Source: Myxococcota bacterium (GTDB taxonomy: Bacteria > Myxococcota_A > UBA796 > CAJQPC01). From it: 64,000 bases of DNA. The notes beneath the pieces are model-generated. The model had not been told where the DNA came from. It did no database searches and saw only the letters and a list, made by a program, of their open reading frames with translations. The stretch covers positions 1-64,000 of the forward strand of contig DASCPX010000183.1 of assembly GCA_036012755.1 (NCBI GenBank), read 5' to 3'. Both the position numbers and the translations under genes were made by a program. Shown piece after piece: positions 36,377 to 46,121 of the stretch (the first letter of the stretch is position 1; each line of letters starts with the position of its first letter).

Positions 36377-37393
36377 TCAGGTGTCGGCGATGACGCGTGG
36401 GTCCCTCACCGATGCTCGGGCCGTCTCTAAGGTGATGATCTCGTCGCGCAACAAGCGACGGATCGTGTGATCCATGAGACTCATGCCCACGCGCCGCCCG
36501 ATGGTCATCGCCTGCGGGATGGCCTCGAGCTCGTCGCTCCTGATCGCCTGGCGCACGGACTCCGTCGAAACCAGGAACTCGCTGGCCAGCACGCGTCCCC
36601 CATTCGCCCTCGGCAGGAGGCGTTGGGCATGGATGCCCAGCAGCGTGGTGGCAAGCTGACGGCAGGCGGCCGGACGGCGACCCTCCGACCAGGCGTCGAG
36701 CAGGCACCCGATCGTGTCCTGGACCGTCGCGAAGTGCAGCGTCACGAGCACGAGGTGGCCGGCCTCTGCTGCCATCATCGCCAGCTGCACGCTCTCCAGG
36801 TCGGGCAGATCGGAGAGCGCCAGGACGTCTGCGTCCATGCGCATGGCGAGCTCCAGTCCGCTGGCGATGTCGGGCACGTCCGGTCCCACCCCCAGGGGAA
36901 CGACGACGCCGTGCTTGTGGGAGTGGATGCGCTCGACCGGATCCTCGATGCAGACGACGGTGGACCGGGTGCGCTGGTTGAGCTGGTCGACGAGGGCGTG
37001 GAGCGTGGTCGTGGTCCCCGCCCCGGCGGTCCCGGTCAGGAGCAGGAGCCCCGAAGGTCTCTGGAGGAGCGCGACGAGGTGAGGGGAGAGGCTGAGCTCG
37101 TCTGGGGTCTGGGGTGGGGCGATCACCCGGACGCTCGCACCACTGCGACCCTGGGCCGTGAACACCGTCACCCGGAACGTGCCGAGGCCCTCTACGGTGC
37201 GCCGAAAGGTCGAGCGGGTCTCGTCCTTGGCGATCTCGGCCACGAAGGCCGCTGTCTCGGTGGAGTGCAGCGCCGGCGCCCTGAGCAGCTTGATTCGCCC
37301 GTCGACGCGCACGGCGGGTGGCGCGCCAGCGTGAACGTGCAGATCGGAGGCTCCCAGCTTCACCGCCGTCCTGAGCAGCTTCAACACGTCCAT
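36377..37393 (-). CDS. PilT/PilU family ATPase homologue with degenerate Walker motifs
   Basis: GASDLH, RVDG, IEDPVE, AAEAGHLVLVTLH, GMSLMD; Walker A GTAGAGTTT lacks Lys, Walker B reads LALSDLPD. Confidence 0.88.
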   Translation of the reverse strand: MDVLKLLRTAVKLGASDLHVHAGAPPAVRVDGRIKLLRAPALHSTETAAFVAEIAKDETRSTFRRTVEGLGTFRVTVFTAQGRSGASVRVIAPPQTPDELSLSPHLVALLQRPSGLLLLTGTAGAGTTTTLHALVDQLNQRTRSTVVCIEDPVERIHSHKHGVVVPLGVGPDVPDIASGLELAMRMDADVLALSDLPDLESVQLAMMAAEAGHLVLVTLHFATVQDTIGCLLDAWSEGRRPAACRQLATTLLGIHAQRLLPRANGGRVLASEFLVSTESVRQAIRSDELEAIPQAMTIGRRVGMSLMDHTIRRLLRDEIITLETARASVRDPRVIADT

Positions 37394-37430
37394 CGAGCCG
37401 ATGCTATCTCGGCTGTGGCAGCCTGGGTGC

Positions 37431-39539
37431 ATGTGGCTGCTCGTCGTCCTGTCCTGTCGCGAGAACATCGGCATCGCCGATGTCGGCTCGGGCGAGGGAG
37501 AGCCCTGCGAGGATCACGAGACCTGCGCCAGCGGGCTGGTCTGCGCCCACGACGGAACCTGCCAGGTCGAAGACAGCCCAGGGACCTACGCCATCGGCGA
37601 GGAATGCCTCCACGCAGAGGAGTGCCAGCTGGGCCTGATCTGCGACTCCGACGGACAGTGCGCCGAGCCTGGCGCCGAGGGCACCGGACAGGCGGACGAC
37701 GCCTGCGAGGACGACGGGGACTGCGCGCTGGGACTGGTCTGCTCGGACGGGCTCTGCGAGGACCTCGGCGTGCCCTACTGGGAGGGCGTCACGTGCGAGG
37801 CGGACTCGGGCGACTTCCGCATCTACACCGAGGTCCCGAGCCTGCCCGAGGAAGACACCATCGAGTTCTACCGGATGCCCTTCGCCTCCGACGCGCGTGT
37901 CGACGGAGATGGCCACCTCGAGCTCTCCGGCCACAGCTCTCCTGGAGGCGCGGTCGACTCCTGGCTCGCGGCCGCCCTGCGACCCTCCGACCTGGGACTC
38001 ACGCCCACGGTGTTGTTTCGAGCCAGCGGTCGCCTGGACACGGACAGCGTGCGTGGTCTCTCCGACGACGACACCCTGTCGATGGCCGACCTCGACCAGA
38101 GCTCAGAGGACTACGGCTTTCGAGGCAGCTTCACCTGGCGTGTGAGCCCGGGACGCGGCCGCTACCACTGCGAGAACTGGATCGGGGTCCAGACCTTCCC
38201 GGGTGTGCCGCTGGCCGCTGACGGCAGCTACGGCGTCTGGCTCACCAGCGGGGTCCAGAGCGCCACCGGCGAGTCGGCTTCCCGAGACGAGGATCTCGAC
38301 GCGCTGCTCTCGGAGGAGACCCCCACCGACGCCCGCCTGCTCGTCGCGTGGAATGCGTGGTCCCCGCTCCGCGACTTCTTCTCTCGCAACGGGGTCGACC
38401 CCGACACGGTCGTCGGGGCGGCGGTGCTCAGCACTGGGAATCCCGCCGCTCGGGTCCGCTCCATCGAGGACCGGCTCGAGGGCGAGGCCGTCTCCTCGGA
38501 CTTCCCCGAGCTGGTCGACTGCGCCTCCAGTCCTTGCGAAGGGGGCTGCGCAGACGACGTCACGGAGCTCCATGGGCAGCTCGCACTGCCGATCTTCCAG
38601 GACGAGGCCGGCGCCTGGGACTGGGACACCTTCGGAAACCCCTACCTGCGCGGCGAGGAGCTGGCCTGCGTCGCCATGACGACCCCTGGAGCTGGCGAGG
38701 ACTGGCCTGTCGTCGTGGTCGTCCAGGACGAGGGCGCCGGCTTCCGGGACTGGATCGACACGGGGCTGGCCAGGGAGCTGGCGGAGGCTGGCTTCGCGGC
38801 GATCAGCGTCGAGCTGCCCCACCACGGCACCCGCGGTCGAGGGGACGGCAGCCTCTACGACCTCGAGGATCCGGAGCGTTGGCTCGGCGATCGGCTCCAG
38901 CTGGTCGCGGACCTCGTCCAGCTCTCGCGAGTCCTGGAGGGGCGCGAAGTCCACGCCGTCGGTCATGGCGTCGGCGGTGAGATCGCGCTGGGCTGGGCAT
39001 CGACCCGGCGGGACGTGTCCACGCTGGTCGTCGGCGGAGTTGGGGGCGGGCTCACGGACCGCCTGCTCGAGGTGGAGCGCGACGGGGTGCCCGTCCACTA
39101 CAGGCTCCAGGTCATGCTCGCGGACTCCAAGCTCGGCAGCTACCACCCGATGCTGGCGCTGATGCAGTACGTGCAGGAGCGTGCCGATCCCCTCGTTTGG
39201 GCCGAGGACGTCTGGAAGAACCCCCCCACCGCGACCGAACCCAGCCACGTGCTCCATCTCTACGGCGCCGAGGACGAGGTGGTCGGCGCCCCGGCTCAGC
39301 AAGCCCTGCAGCGGGCCCTCGGCCTCCCCACGCTGGAGCCGGTGTTGGTGGACTTCGAGCAGTCCACTGTTACCGGCTCCGCCTCGCGCAACCTGCTGAA
39401 CGACCGCGGTGATCGCATCACCGGCGCGTCGGTGCAGCTCGACGCGGGCCACGACGCGATCTGGTCCGACGAAGGACGTGACTACGTCGTGCGCTTCCTG
39501 GCGTCCTCGCTCGAGGCGGACGAGCCGACGATCGAGTGA
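37431..39539 (+). CDS. Lipoprotein with Cys-rich repeats and alpha/beta-hydrolase (lipase-like) domain lacking the nucleophile Ser
   Basis: MWLLVVLS-C; three C..C...L.C...C repeats; FYRMPFASD, ELPHHGTR, VGHGVGG. Confidence 0.75.
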   Translation: MWLLVVLSCRENIGIADVGSGEGEPCEDHETCASGLVCAHDGTCQVEDSPGTYAIGEECLHAEECQLGLICDSDGQCAEPGAEGTGQADDACEDDGDCALGLVCSDGLCEDLGVPYWEGVTCEADSGDFRIYTEVPSLPEEDTIEFYRMPFASDARVDGDGHLELSGHSSPGGAVDSWLAAALRPSDLGLTPTVLFRASGRLDTDSVRGLSDDDTLSMADLDQSSEDYGFRGSFTWRVSPGRGRYHCENWIGVQTFPGVPLAADGSYGVWLTSGVQSATGESASRDEDLDALLSEETPTDARLLVAWNAWSPLRDFFSRNGVDPDTVVGAAVLSTGNPAARVRSIEDRLEGEAVSSDFPELVDCASSPCEGGCADDVTELHGQLALPIFQDEAGAWDWDTFGNPYLRGEELACVAMTTPGAGEDWPVVVVVQDEGAGFRDWIDTGLARELAEAGFAAISVELPHHGTRGRGDGSLYDLEDPERWLGDRLQLVADLVQLSRVLEGREVHAVGHGVGGEIALGWASTRRDVSTLVVGGVGGGLTDRLLEVERDGVPVHYRLQVMLADSKLGSYHPMLALMQYVQERADPLVWAEDVWKNPPTATEPSHVLHLYGAEDEVVGAPAQQALQRALGLPTLEPVLVDFEQSTVTGSASRNLLNDRGDRITGASVQLDAGHDAIWSDEGRDYVVRFLASSLEADEPTIE

Positions 39540-39540
39540 G

Positions 39541-39837
39541 TCACTGCCCGAGCTTGGGCGGCGGTGTCAGGCCGATGCCCCCACCCGCGCCGGGCCCGCC
39601 GAGCTGAGGGGGTCCTCCACCCAGGGTAGGCGCTCCGGTGGTCCCGCCGAGCTGTGGTGGGGTACCCAGGGTCGGGGCTCCGGTCGAGGTCGTCGCGGGT
39701 GGGACCTCGTCGGGCACCTCGGGTGCCACCTCCGTGACCTCCTCGAGCACGATCTCCTCTTCCTCGACCGGTGGGGGCGTCGGCTCGGGTGTCGCCTCTT
39801 CGGAACAGGCGAGGATCGCAGCAAAAAGCAGGCTCAT
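39541..39837 (-). CDS. Small Pro/Gly-rich lipoprotein
   Basis: MSLLFAAILA-C; TGATG coupling; repeated TGAPTLG..PPQLGG. Confidence 0.7.
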   Translation of the reverse strand: MSLLFAAILACSEEATPEPTPPPVEEEEIVLEEVTEVAPEVPDEVPPATTSTGAPTLGTPPQLGGTTGAPTLGGGPPQLGGPGAGGGIGLTPPPKLGQ

Positions 39838-41858
39838 CAGTGCTCCTTCAGCCGACAAGGTAGCCCGACCATCTCCGGACTACCCGACAAGGGATCGACA
39901 TCCTCGGTTCCGACGACCTCTCCGACCTCGACGGACCAGCCCCACGGCACGACCACACCGATGGGATGGACGTCCTCGTCGAGGACGACGCGTCCCGACA
40001 CGGAGCCGTGTGCGGTCTCCAGGACCACGGAGGCGCCGCCTTTGAGTCCGAGATCCGGGTGGACCCGGATCCCAGGCTCCACCGCGTCCGCGGACCGATA
40101 GCGCCAGCCCTTGCCGCCAGCCCAGGTGATGGCCGTCGTCAGGCGGAGTGGGTAGGCATCGGAGATCGGCGGCGGGTCGAGGTCGCGGATGATCTCGCCG
40201 ATCGGTGCAGGGGCCAGGTTCAGGCGCTCGTCGTCGTCGGCGGGTCGCCAGCCGGCGCGGTCGGTCTCCCCAGCGTCGAGTCCGCTCGGCATCTTCTCGA
40301 GCGTCGCCCGATCCGGCAGCCCGGACCAGTCCAGCGCCTGGTCGATCCAGGCGTCGAGGTCCGCGCCCCCGAGGAACCGACCCAGGAGCCTGAGGTGCCC
40401 GCCCCACTCGCCGCCTCTGAGCGGCGGCGCCGCGGCCTCCAGGAGGTCCCCGAGGATGGCGGCGACATCGCGGGCCTGCCCGTGCGGAGGGAGCAGCGCC
40501 GGGGTGGCCTGGGTGTAGCGGCTGGGCAGGCTGGATGTATCCAGCAGGTGGAGGTCGGCCCGCTCCCAGAAGTGGGTGCTCGGCAGGATCCAGTCGGCTC
40601 GCGCGGTCGTGGCGCCGGGCATGGAGTCGATGGCGACGAGGAGCTCGAGGGCTTCGAAGGCGGCCCCGGTCCTCTCGGGATCCGGGAGCTCGGTGAGGGG
40701 GCAGCCGTCCACGCAGACCAGCGCCCTGACGGGGGTCGAGCTCTGGAGGATCTCCTCGGCCAGGGCGGTGCCGGGGAGCTGGGCCAAGAGCGCCTTGAAG
40801 CCGCGCACACTGCTCGCTGGCGCGCCAGAGGTCGGGAAGCTCCCCAGGATCGCGCTCAGATCCACGAGTCCACCGGTCTCGTACAGCCCGCCTGGGCGGA
40901 GCAGGTTCGCCGTGACCGCTGCGTGCACGAGCCAGGCCCAGCTGGCCACCGTGCCGTGCCTGGACTGGGTCAGGGTGGGGGATGCAACGACGCAGCCCAT
41001 GGCCGACCGCCCGAACTTCAGGCCGACGCCTGCGAGCACCTCGACGTCGATTCCGCAGATCTCCGCGCAGCGAGCTGGCGTCCACGGTTCGAGCCACTCG
41101 AGCGCCTGGTCGAAGCCGCGGGTGTAGTCGGAGACGTACTGCTTGTCGATCCAGCGGTTCTCGAGCGTCGCGCTTGCGAGCCCGAGCATGTAGAAGACCT
41201 CTGTCCCGGGTCGGACCTGGATGAAGGAGTCGGCCCCCTCCGCCAGCGCTGTCTTGCGGGAGTCGACGACGACGAGCTTGGTGCCCTTGCGGCGGCCGCG
41301 GAAATAGCTGAGCGCCTGGTGGTGGACGGTGCCGGCCTGCATCGGGCCCCAGTTGCCCTCCTCCTGGCCGCCGCCGATGAGGATCGTGTAGTGGCTGCGG
41401 CCCACGTCGGCCTGCAGCGCCATCGGCGCGCCCATCACCAGGTCGGTCGCGTAGAGCTTGCTCGCCCCGTACATCGCGAGCTCGGTGAAGACATTCGGCG
41501 TCCCCATCGCGAAGGCGAAGGCGCCCAGTCGCAGCACTCCGGCGTGGTCGTTGGCCAGGGGCCCCCCGGCATAGAGACCGATCGATCGCGGCCCGTGCTC
41601 TCGGCGGAGTCCCTTCAGCGTCGAGGCGATCGCGCACACGGCTTCGTCCCAGGAGACGGGCTGGTAGCCGGAGCCGACTCGCTTCAGCGGCGTGGCGAGG
41701 CGCTCCCGGGGGACGGCGCTGTTTTCGCCGACAGGGCAGAGTGCGCCTGCGCTCTTCGGGTTGGCTGGATCCCCGCGGAGCGCCGTGATGCGGCCGTCCT
41801 GGACCTCGGCGTGGACTCCGCAGAGACCTTCGCAGACGCGGCAATAGCTTGAGATCAT
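39837..41858 (-). CDS. Molybdopterin-dependent oxidoreductase (DMSO reductase family, 4Fe-4S N-terminus)
   Basis: YCRVCEGLCG...C, RLATPLKR, VSWDEA, LVVVDSRKT, ADWILP, C-terminal molydopterin dinucleotide-binding domain. Confidence 0.88.
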   Translation of the reverse strand: MISSYCRVCEGLCGVHAEVQDGRITALRGDPANPKSAGALCPVGENSAVPRERLATPLKRVGSGYQPVSWDEAVCAIASTLKGLRREHGPRSIGLYAGGPLANDHAGVLRLGAFAFAMGTPNVFTELAMYGASKLYATDLVMGAPMALQADVGRSHYTILIGGGQEEGNWGPMQAGTVHHQALSYFRGRRKGTKLVVVDSRKTALAEGADSFIQVRPGTEVFYMLGLASATLENRWIDKQYVSDYTRGFDQALEWLEPWTPARCAEICGIDVEVLAGVGLKFGRSAMGCVVASPTLTQSRHGTVASWAWLVHAAVTANLLRPGGLYETGGLVDLSAILGSFPTSGAPASSVRGFKALLAQLPGTALAEEILQSSTPVRALVCVDGCPLTELPDPERTGAAFEALELLVAIDSMPGATTARADWILPSTHFWERADLHLLDTSSLPSRYTQATPALLPPHGQARDVAAILGDLLEAAAPPLRGGEWGGHLRLLGRFLGGADLDAWIDQALDWSGLPDRATLEKMPSGLDAGETDRAGWRPADDDERLNLAPAPIGEIIRDLDPPPISDAYPLRLTTAITWAGGKGWRYRSADAVEPGIRVHPDLGLKGGASVVLETAHGSVSGRVVLDEDVHPIGVVVPWGWSVEVGEVVGTEDVDPLSGSPEMVGLPCRLKEH

Positions 41859-41863
41859 TGCGC

Positions 41864-42622
41864 CTAGCCTATGTCAGCGCGCATCCCGGCGCTGATGATG
41901 GCCAGGAGCTTCCACTCCTCTGGGAAGGGAGACAGATCACGTTGCAGTCGCTCGGCCGCGGCGCGGCTCCGAAGACGGGGGAGCAGCGCGCGGATGAGGA
42001 CCCTGACGCCCGCTCCTCTGGCTGCGCACACATAGGGCACGATCGGACAGGAGGGGTCGGCCTCGAGCGCCCGAGCGGCGGCCTGGACGAAGGCCTCGTC
42101 GTGTCCGTTGGCGGCCAGCGCAGCGATGATCTCCGGGCGGGCGCTCTCCGCCAGATCGACCAGGGCGTCGACGTGCCCCCGGGCGGCGTACGCGGTGCAG
42201 ACGCTGGCGAAGGCCGGGTGGTCGAGCGCCGAGGTGAGGTGGCGACGCCCGACCGGGGTCTCCACCTGCTCGGACAGCGCCAGCATCCAGCCCGCCGCGG
42301 GGTGGCGCCCTGCGGCGAGCTCGAGCAGCTCGACGGACAGGTCGGGGGCCAGGTCCGACAGCCGCCGGTAGACGGCGGCGGGGGTGGCGCCCTTCTCCAC
42401 GGCCTCGATCACCGTCATGGCGGCCAGTACGGCTTGCCGACCCGAGAGCGCCTTGGGTCCGAGCACGAGATCCCCGAGCGCCAGGGGCTCGCTCTCCGCC
42501 AGCGCCGCGTAGAGCGGTCCGAGGTCCACGCCATCGGCGAGGGCGTTCCGGGCGTCATCGCGGAGCACCTCCAGGTCCCGAGGGAGGAGCAGCCCAGACA
42601 GATCGCCGCTTGTCCAGCTCAT
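41864..42622 (-). CDS. Hypothetical alpha-helical protein
   Basis: Long ORF with genome-like codon use, ATGA-coupled to upstream gene. Confidence 0.65.
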   Translation of the reverse strand: MSWTSGDLSGLLLPRDLEVLRDDARNALADGVDLGPLYAALAESEPLALGDLVLGPKALSGRQAVLAAMTVIEAVEKGATPAAVYRRLSDLAPDLSVELLELAAGRHPAAGWMLALSEQVETPVGRRHLTSALDHPAFASVCTAYAARGHVDALVDLAESARPEIIAALAANGHDEAFVQAAARALEADPSCPIVPYVCAARGAGVRVLIRALLPRLRSRAAAERLQRDLSPFPEEWKLLAIISAGMRADIG

Positions 42623-43083
42623 CCGACGAGGGCCTCGATGTCGTCCATGTCGCGGGGCTCGGGGTCTCCCTCGCCGAGGGCGACGAGAGCTTCGGAGATC
42701 GCCTCGCCCTCCTGGACCGGGCGCAGCCCCTCCACCGTCCAGACCCGCGCCAGCCCGCGTCCGGCCCAGGACCAGCCGAGCTCGTCACTGGCGACGATCA
42801 GCAGCGCGAGGTCCTCGCCCCGGGCAGGGCCCAGCCCCTCCGCGCCTTCGTCGAGTCGGCGGATGACCTCGGCGATCAGGGCCAGGCCGTTGCCCTCTGA
42901 GGGCACGTCGTGGAGCAGCCGGTGCAGCTCGACCACGGCGGCCCAGGCCTGGACGGGAGGACAGCCCGCGGCGACCCTGGCGGCGATGTCCGCGGAGGCG
43001 GTCGCGTCCCCGACCCGGAAGCGCACGTGTCCGTTGAACCGCAGGCGCCCGGAGGCGCCGATCAAGAGGGCGCGCTGCAACAC
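42619..43083 (-). CDS. Hypothetical protein
   Basis: ORF coupled to downstream gene; no motif recognised. Confidence 0.55.
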   Translation of the reverse strand: MLQRALLIGASGRLRFNGHVRFRVGDATASADIAARVAAGCPPVQAWAAVVELHRLLHDVPSEGNGLALIAEVIRRLDEGAEGLGPARGEDLALLIVASDELGWSWAGRGLARVWTVEGLRPVQEGEAISEALVALGEGDPEPRDMDDIEALVG

Positions 43084-43150
43084 CGATGCGGCCTAACGCT
43101 ATTGCCGGAGGACGGCCTGCGGGCTATTTCGGCGGCCCCGGGAGGCACCT

Positions 43151-43396
43151 GTGCACCAGTACCTCATTCCCTTCGGTGGCGTCGTCGCTGGCGCCGGATT
43201 CATGACCATGCTGTTTGGCTGGGAAGGCCCTGGTGGCGTGCACATCGCGGAGCAGATCTCGATGGTGGGCTTCTCCGCGGTCGGCGACATCAGCCTCAAT
43301 TCCCTCGGTCAGCTCGCCTTTGCGTTGATTCTGATCGGAATCGGGATGATGGTGTGGGGAAACCGCACGGCTTGGAAGGAGACCAGCGGCTACTAG
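43151..43396 (+). CDS. Small membrane protein (two TM)
   Basis: RBS GGAGG, two hydrophobic segments. Confidence 0.7.
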   Translation: MHQYLIPFGGVVAGAGFMTMLFGWEGPGGVHIAEQISMVGFSAVGDISLNSLGQLAFALILIGIGMMVWGNRTAWKETSGY

Positions 43397-43405
43397 GTAC
43401 ACGCT

Positions 43406-44467
43406 GTGTCACGCGACCCCTTCGAGAGCGTCGAGTCTCCCTACCGGCCCCGACTCCACCGTGGCCTCAAGCGCTTGGCGCGCCCCCTCATCACGGAGCT
43501 CGAGCGAGCCTTCGACGAGTTCGAGGAGCCCCTCGGACGCATAGAGAGGAGCGTCGCCGAGCTCATGCTCGGTCATGGCCTGCCGACCGGCGTCTCCCCG
43601 GGCAGCCACATCGCGCCCGGTGTTCCGCGTGTCCGTCCGGTCCTCGTCCTGCTGGCGACCCGGGCGGCTGGCGGAGATCAGGACGCCGAAGAGGCCGCCT
43701 TCTCTGCGGAGCTCCTCCACAAGGCGGTCGTACTCCACGACGCGGCTCTGGGACGGCAGGACGGTCGTCGTCGTCGCATCACGCGGCGGCTGCTCGGGGG
43801 AGCGGCACATTGGCTCGGCGGTCACCATCTCGGTCTGCGCGCCCTCGAGGTCGTGCGAGCGTCTCGGCCGGAGCTCCTCGGCGAGGTCCTCGACACCATG
43901 CGCGAGATCACGGAGGGGCACGCCCTGGCAGAGCGACTCCGCGATGCTGACCCGGACCTCGAGGACTGGCGCGACTACGCTGAGCTCCACATCGGCGCTG
44001 TGTACGCATTCTCCTGCCGGGCCGGGGCGCGCCTCGCCGGAGCCCCGCGAGAGATCGGCTCGGCCCTGGGGCGGTACGGCCGCCACATGGGCATCGCCTG
44101 GCACGCGCTGGAGGACCAGTGGCTGATCACGGTCTCAGCAGAGGAGCTCCCGAAGATCCTGGCCCACCGCACAGCCTCCGGTCGCCCGGTGCTCCCTCTC
44201 ATCGTCGCTCTCGAGGAGGACCCGGAGGTCGACGCCCTGGTCGACCGCGTGCTCGCAGACGGTGACGTCGCCGCCGCCCGTGAGCTCCAGCGACGGCTGG
44301 TCTGCACAGAGGGTCTCTTCGAGACGCGCAAGACGATGGTCGAGCACAGCCTCGCCGCGCGGCGCGCGCTGCGCGTCCTCCGTCCTGGCCCTCACCGTGA
44401 CGCGCTCGACCGGCTGGCCTACAGCCTCGCGGCCAGCGGGGCGCGGATCGCCGAGGAGAACGAATAG
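43406..44467 (+). CDS. Polyprenyl synthetase family protein with both DDxxD motifs degenerate
   Basis: RVRPVLVLL, AELLH..VLHDAALG..RRRR, EITEG, LGRYGRHMGIAWHALEDQW, GRPVLPLI. Confidence 0.78.
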   Translation: MSRDPFESVESPYRPRLHRGLKRLARPLITELERAFDEFEEPLGRIERSVAELMLGHGLPTGVSPGSHIAPGVPRVRPVLVLLATRAAGGDQDAEEAAFSAELLHKAVVLHDAALGRQDGRRRRITRRLLGGAAHWLGGHHLGLRALEVVRASRPELLGEVLDTMREITEGHALAERLRDADPDLEDWRDYAELHIGAVYAFSCRAGARLAGAPREIGSALGRYGRHMGIAWHALEDQWLITVSAEELPKILAHRTASGRPVLPLIVALEEDPEVDALVDRVLADGDVAAARELQRRLVCTEGLFETRKTMVEHSLAARRALRVLRPGPHRDALDRLAYSLAASGARIAEENE

Positions 44468-44644
44468 GAGCTTGGTGCACGTTGATCCCGGCTTGTCGAG
44501 GCTCGACCTCGGGACTCGTCGCCGCGGACGTGCGCTTTGGCTCGTCTCCTCCGGCCGCTCGGGCTGGCAGCGGCGACCCCCGCTTGGGCGAGGGGCCGCC
44601 TCGCCAACGAGAGCGGCCTCCGGGTGAGCCTTCTCAACGCGAAG

Positions 44645-44713
44645 CGCCACAAACTGTGGCGTTTCGGCCCGAGAAGCCTGTCTTGTCCGTCCCATCCGCC
44701 ACACTTTGTGGCG
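44645..44713. repeat. Two copies of 17-bp palindrome CGCCACA-N3-TGTGGCG (REP-like pair)
   Basis: 44645-44661 and 44697-44713 in the gap between convergent genes. Confidence 0.75.
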
Positions 44714-44731
44714 ATCGGCTGGCGCAGAGAC

Positions 44732-46051
44732 TCAGAGCGGGTAGTCCGTCTGGAAGACCGTGAAGCGGTAGTAGGCAGCGGGGCCGTACTCGGTCCCGTC
44801 GTCGTTGGTCACCTGGATGAAGTACTGCCCTCCGTCGAGGGGACCGATGGGGCCGACGTCGCTGAAGTCGTCGTCCGTGCCGATGTCGTCGCCCTCTCCG
44901 ACGACCTCGCCGTCCTCGTCGTAGATCGTGACCTCGGCGTCGATCAGCGAGCCGAAGAGATCGGCGGTGCCGTTGAGGTAGAGGTAGTTGTCCGGGTCGA
45001 CCGAGATGCTGTACCAGTCCTCGTCGTAGCCGTAGTCCATGATGCCCCAGGCCAGGGCGGTGCCCTGCTCGCCGTCGTCGTTGGTCTCCCACACGAAGTC
45101 CATGACGTTGGCTTCGCCGTCGTAGTCGTTCGGCTCGAGCTCGGCCTCGTAGTGGTAGCCACGATCGTAGACGCGGACGTAGACGAAGCCCCAGTGGCTC
45201 TCGCCCCCATCTCCGCTGGCGTCGCTGACCGCCAAGGTGGCCTCGCCGCCGTCGACCTCGAAGTAGAAGCCCGAGCCGTTGTCGCCGCCCGGGGACTCCT
45301 TGCGCAGCAACAGGTCGCCCTCGATGTCGTAGAGCTCGTAGAGCGGCGTGGCGTCGGAGTCGACGGCGTAGGAGCTGCCGGTCAGCACGGTCGGGCACTC
45401 CTCGTAGGGCAGGGCGAGCTCGATGTAGTCGGTGTCGCCCTCCTCCTCGAGCAGCCAGCCGACGGCGTAGAAGTAGCCGGAGTCGACCTCGAGGAGCTCT
45501 CCGTTCTCGAAGCTGTCCGGGTCCTCTGTGCGGCGGCCGTACTCGGCCACCTCGAGCGTGTAGCTGAAGTCCGGGATGCCGATGTCGTTGATGTCCTCGA
45601 CCATGACCGTCCAGGCGCCTTCCTCGGGCAGGTAGGCAAAGAGCACCGTGTCGTAGGTCGTCACCGGGCCGAGGGCGTGGTCGTTCTCCTGAGCGTGGAG
45701 CTTGCCGGTGGGGCTGTACAGGGAGAGGAGGGTGTCGTTGTCTTCGTCATCGGTGATCGTGTCGATGCGGATGAACTCACCACCATCGGCGTTGAAGGTG
45801 AAGAAGTCCTGGTCGTCGTCGTCCTGCAGGACGCCTTCGACGGGAGCGTCCCAGAGGATCGACTCGGCCTCTTCCAGGGAGTTGTTCCGGTCCCCGGTGG
45901 TGCACTCCTCCTCGTCGCAGATCTGCCAGCTGCTGCAGTCGGTGTCCTCGGCGCAGGGAGTTTCGTCTGGGGGCGAGTCGTCGTTCGGCAGGTAGCCGGA
46001 GTCATCGGGGTTGCCGCGGTTGCAGCCCAGGACCAAGAGAGAGATCAGCAT
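44732..46051 (-). CDS. Acidic lipoprotein with repeated PPC-like beta-sandwich domains
   Basis: MLISLLVLG-C; DQDFFTF, DTLLSLY...NDD, EPND, DEDWYSI repeats. Confidence 0.8.
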   Translation of the reverse strand: MLISLLVLGCNRGNPDDSGYLPNDDSPPDETPCAEDTDCSSWQICDEEECTTGDRNNSLEEAESILWDAPVEGVLQDDDDQDFFTFNADGGEFIRIDTITDDEDNDTLLSLYSPTGKLHAQENDHALGPVTTYDTVLFAYLPEEGAWTVMVEDINDIGIPDFSYTLEVAEYGRRTEDPDSFENGELLEVDSGYFYAVGWLLEEEGDTDYIELALPYEECPTVLTGSSYAVDSDATPLYELYDIEGDLLLRKESPGGDNGSGFYFEVDGGEATLAVSDASGDGGESHWGFVYVRVYDRGYHYEAELEPNDYDGEANVMDFVWETNDDGEQGTALAWGIMDYGYDEDWYSISVDPDNYLYLNGTADLFGSLIDAEVTIYDEDGEVVGEGDDIGTDDDFSDVGPIGPLDGGQYFIQVTNDDGTEYGPAAYYRFTVFQTDYPL

Positions 46052-46121
46052 GAGCGAAACTTAGCTTGCCAGCCGCACCATGGCGGCTAATACGGGCGGC
46101 TGTCGCCTCTGGAGGTCCACC

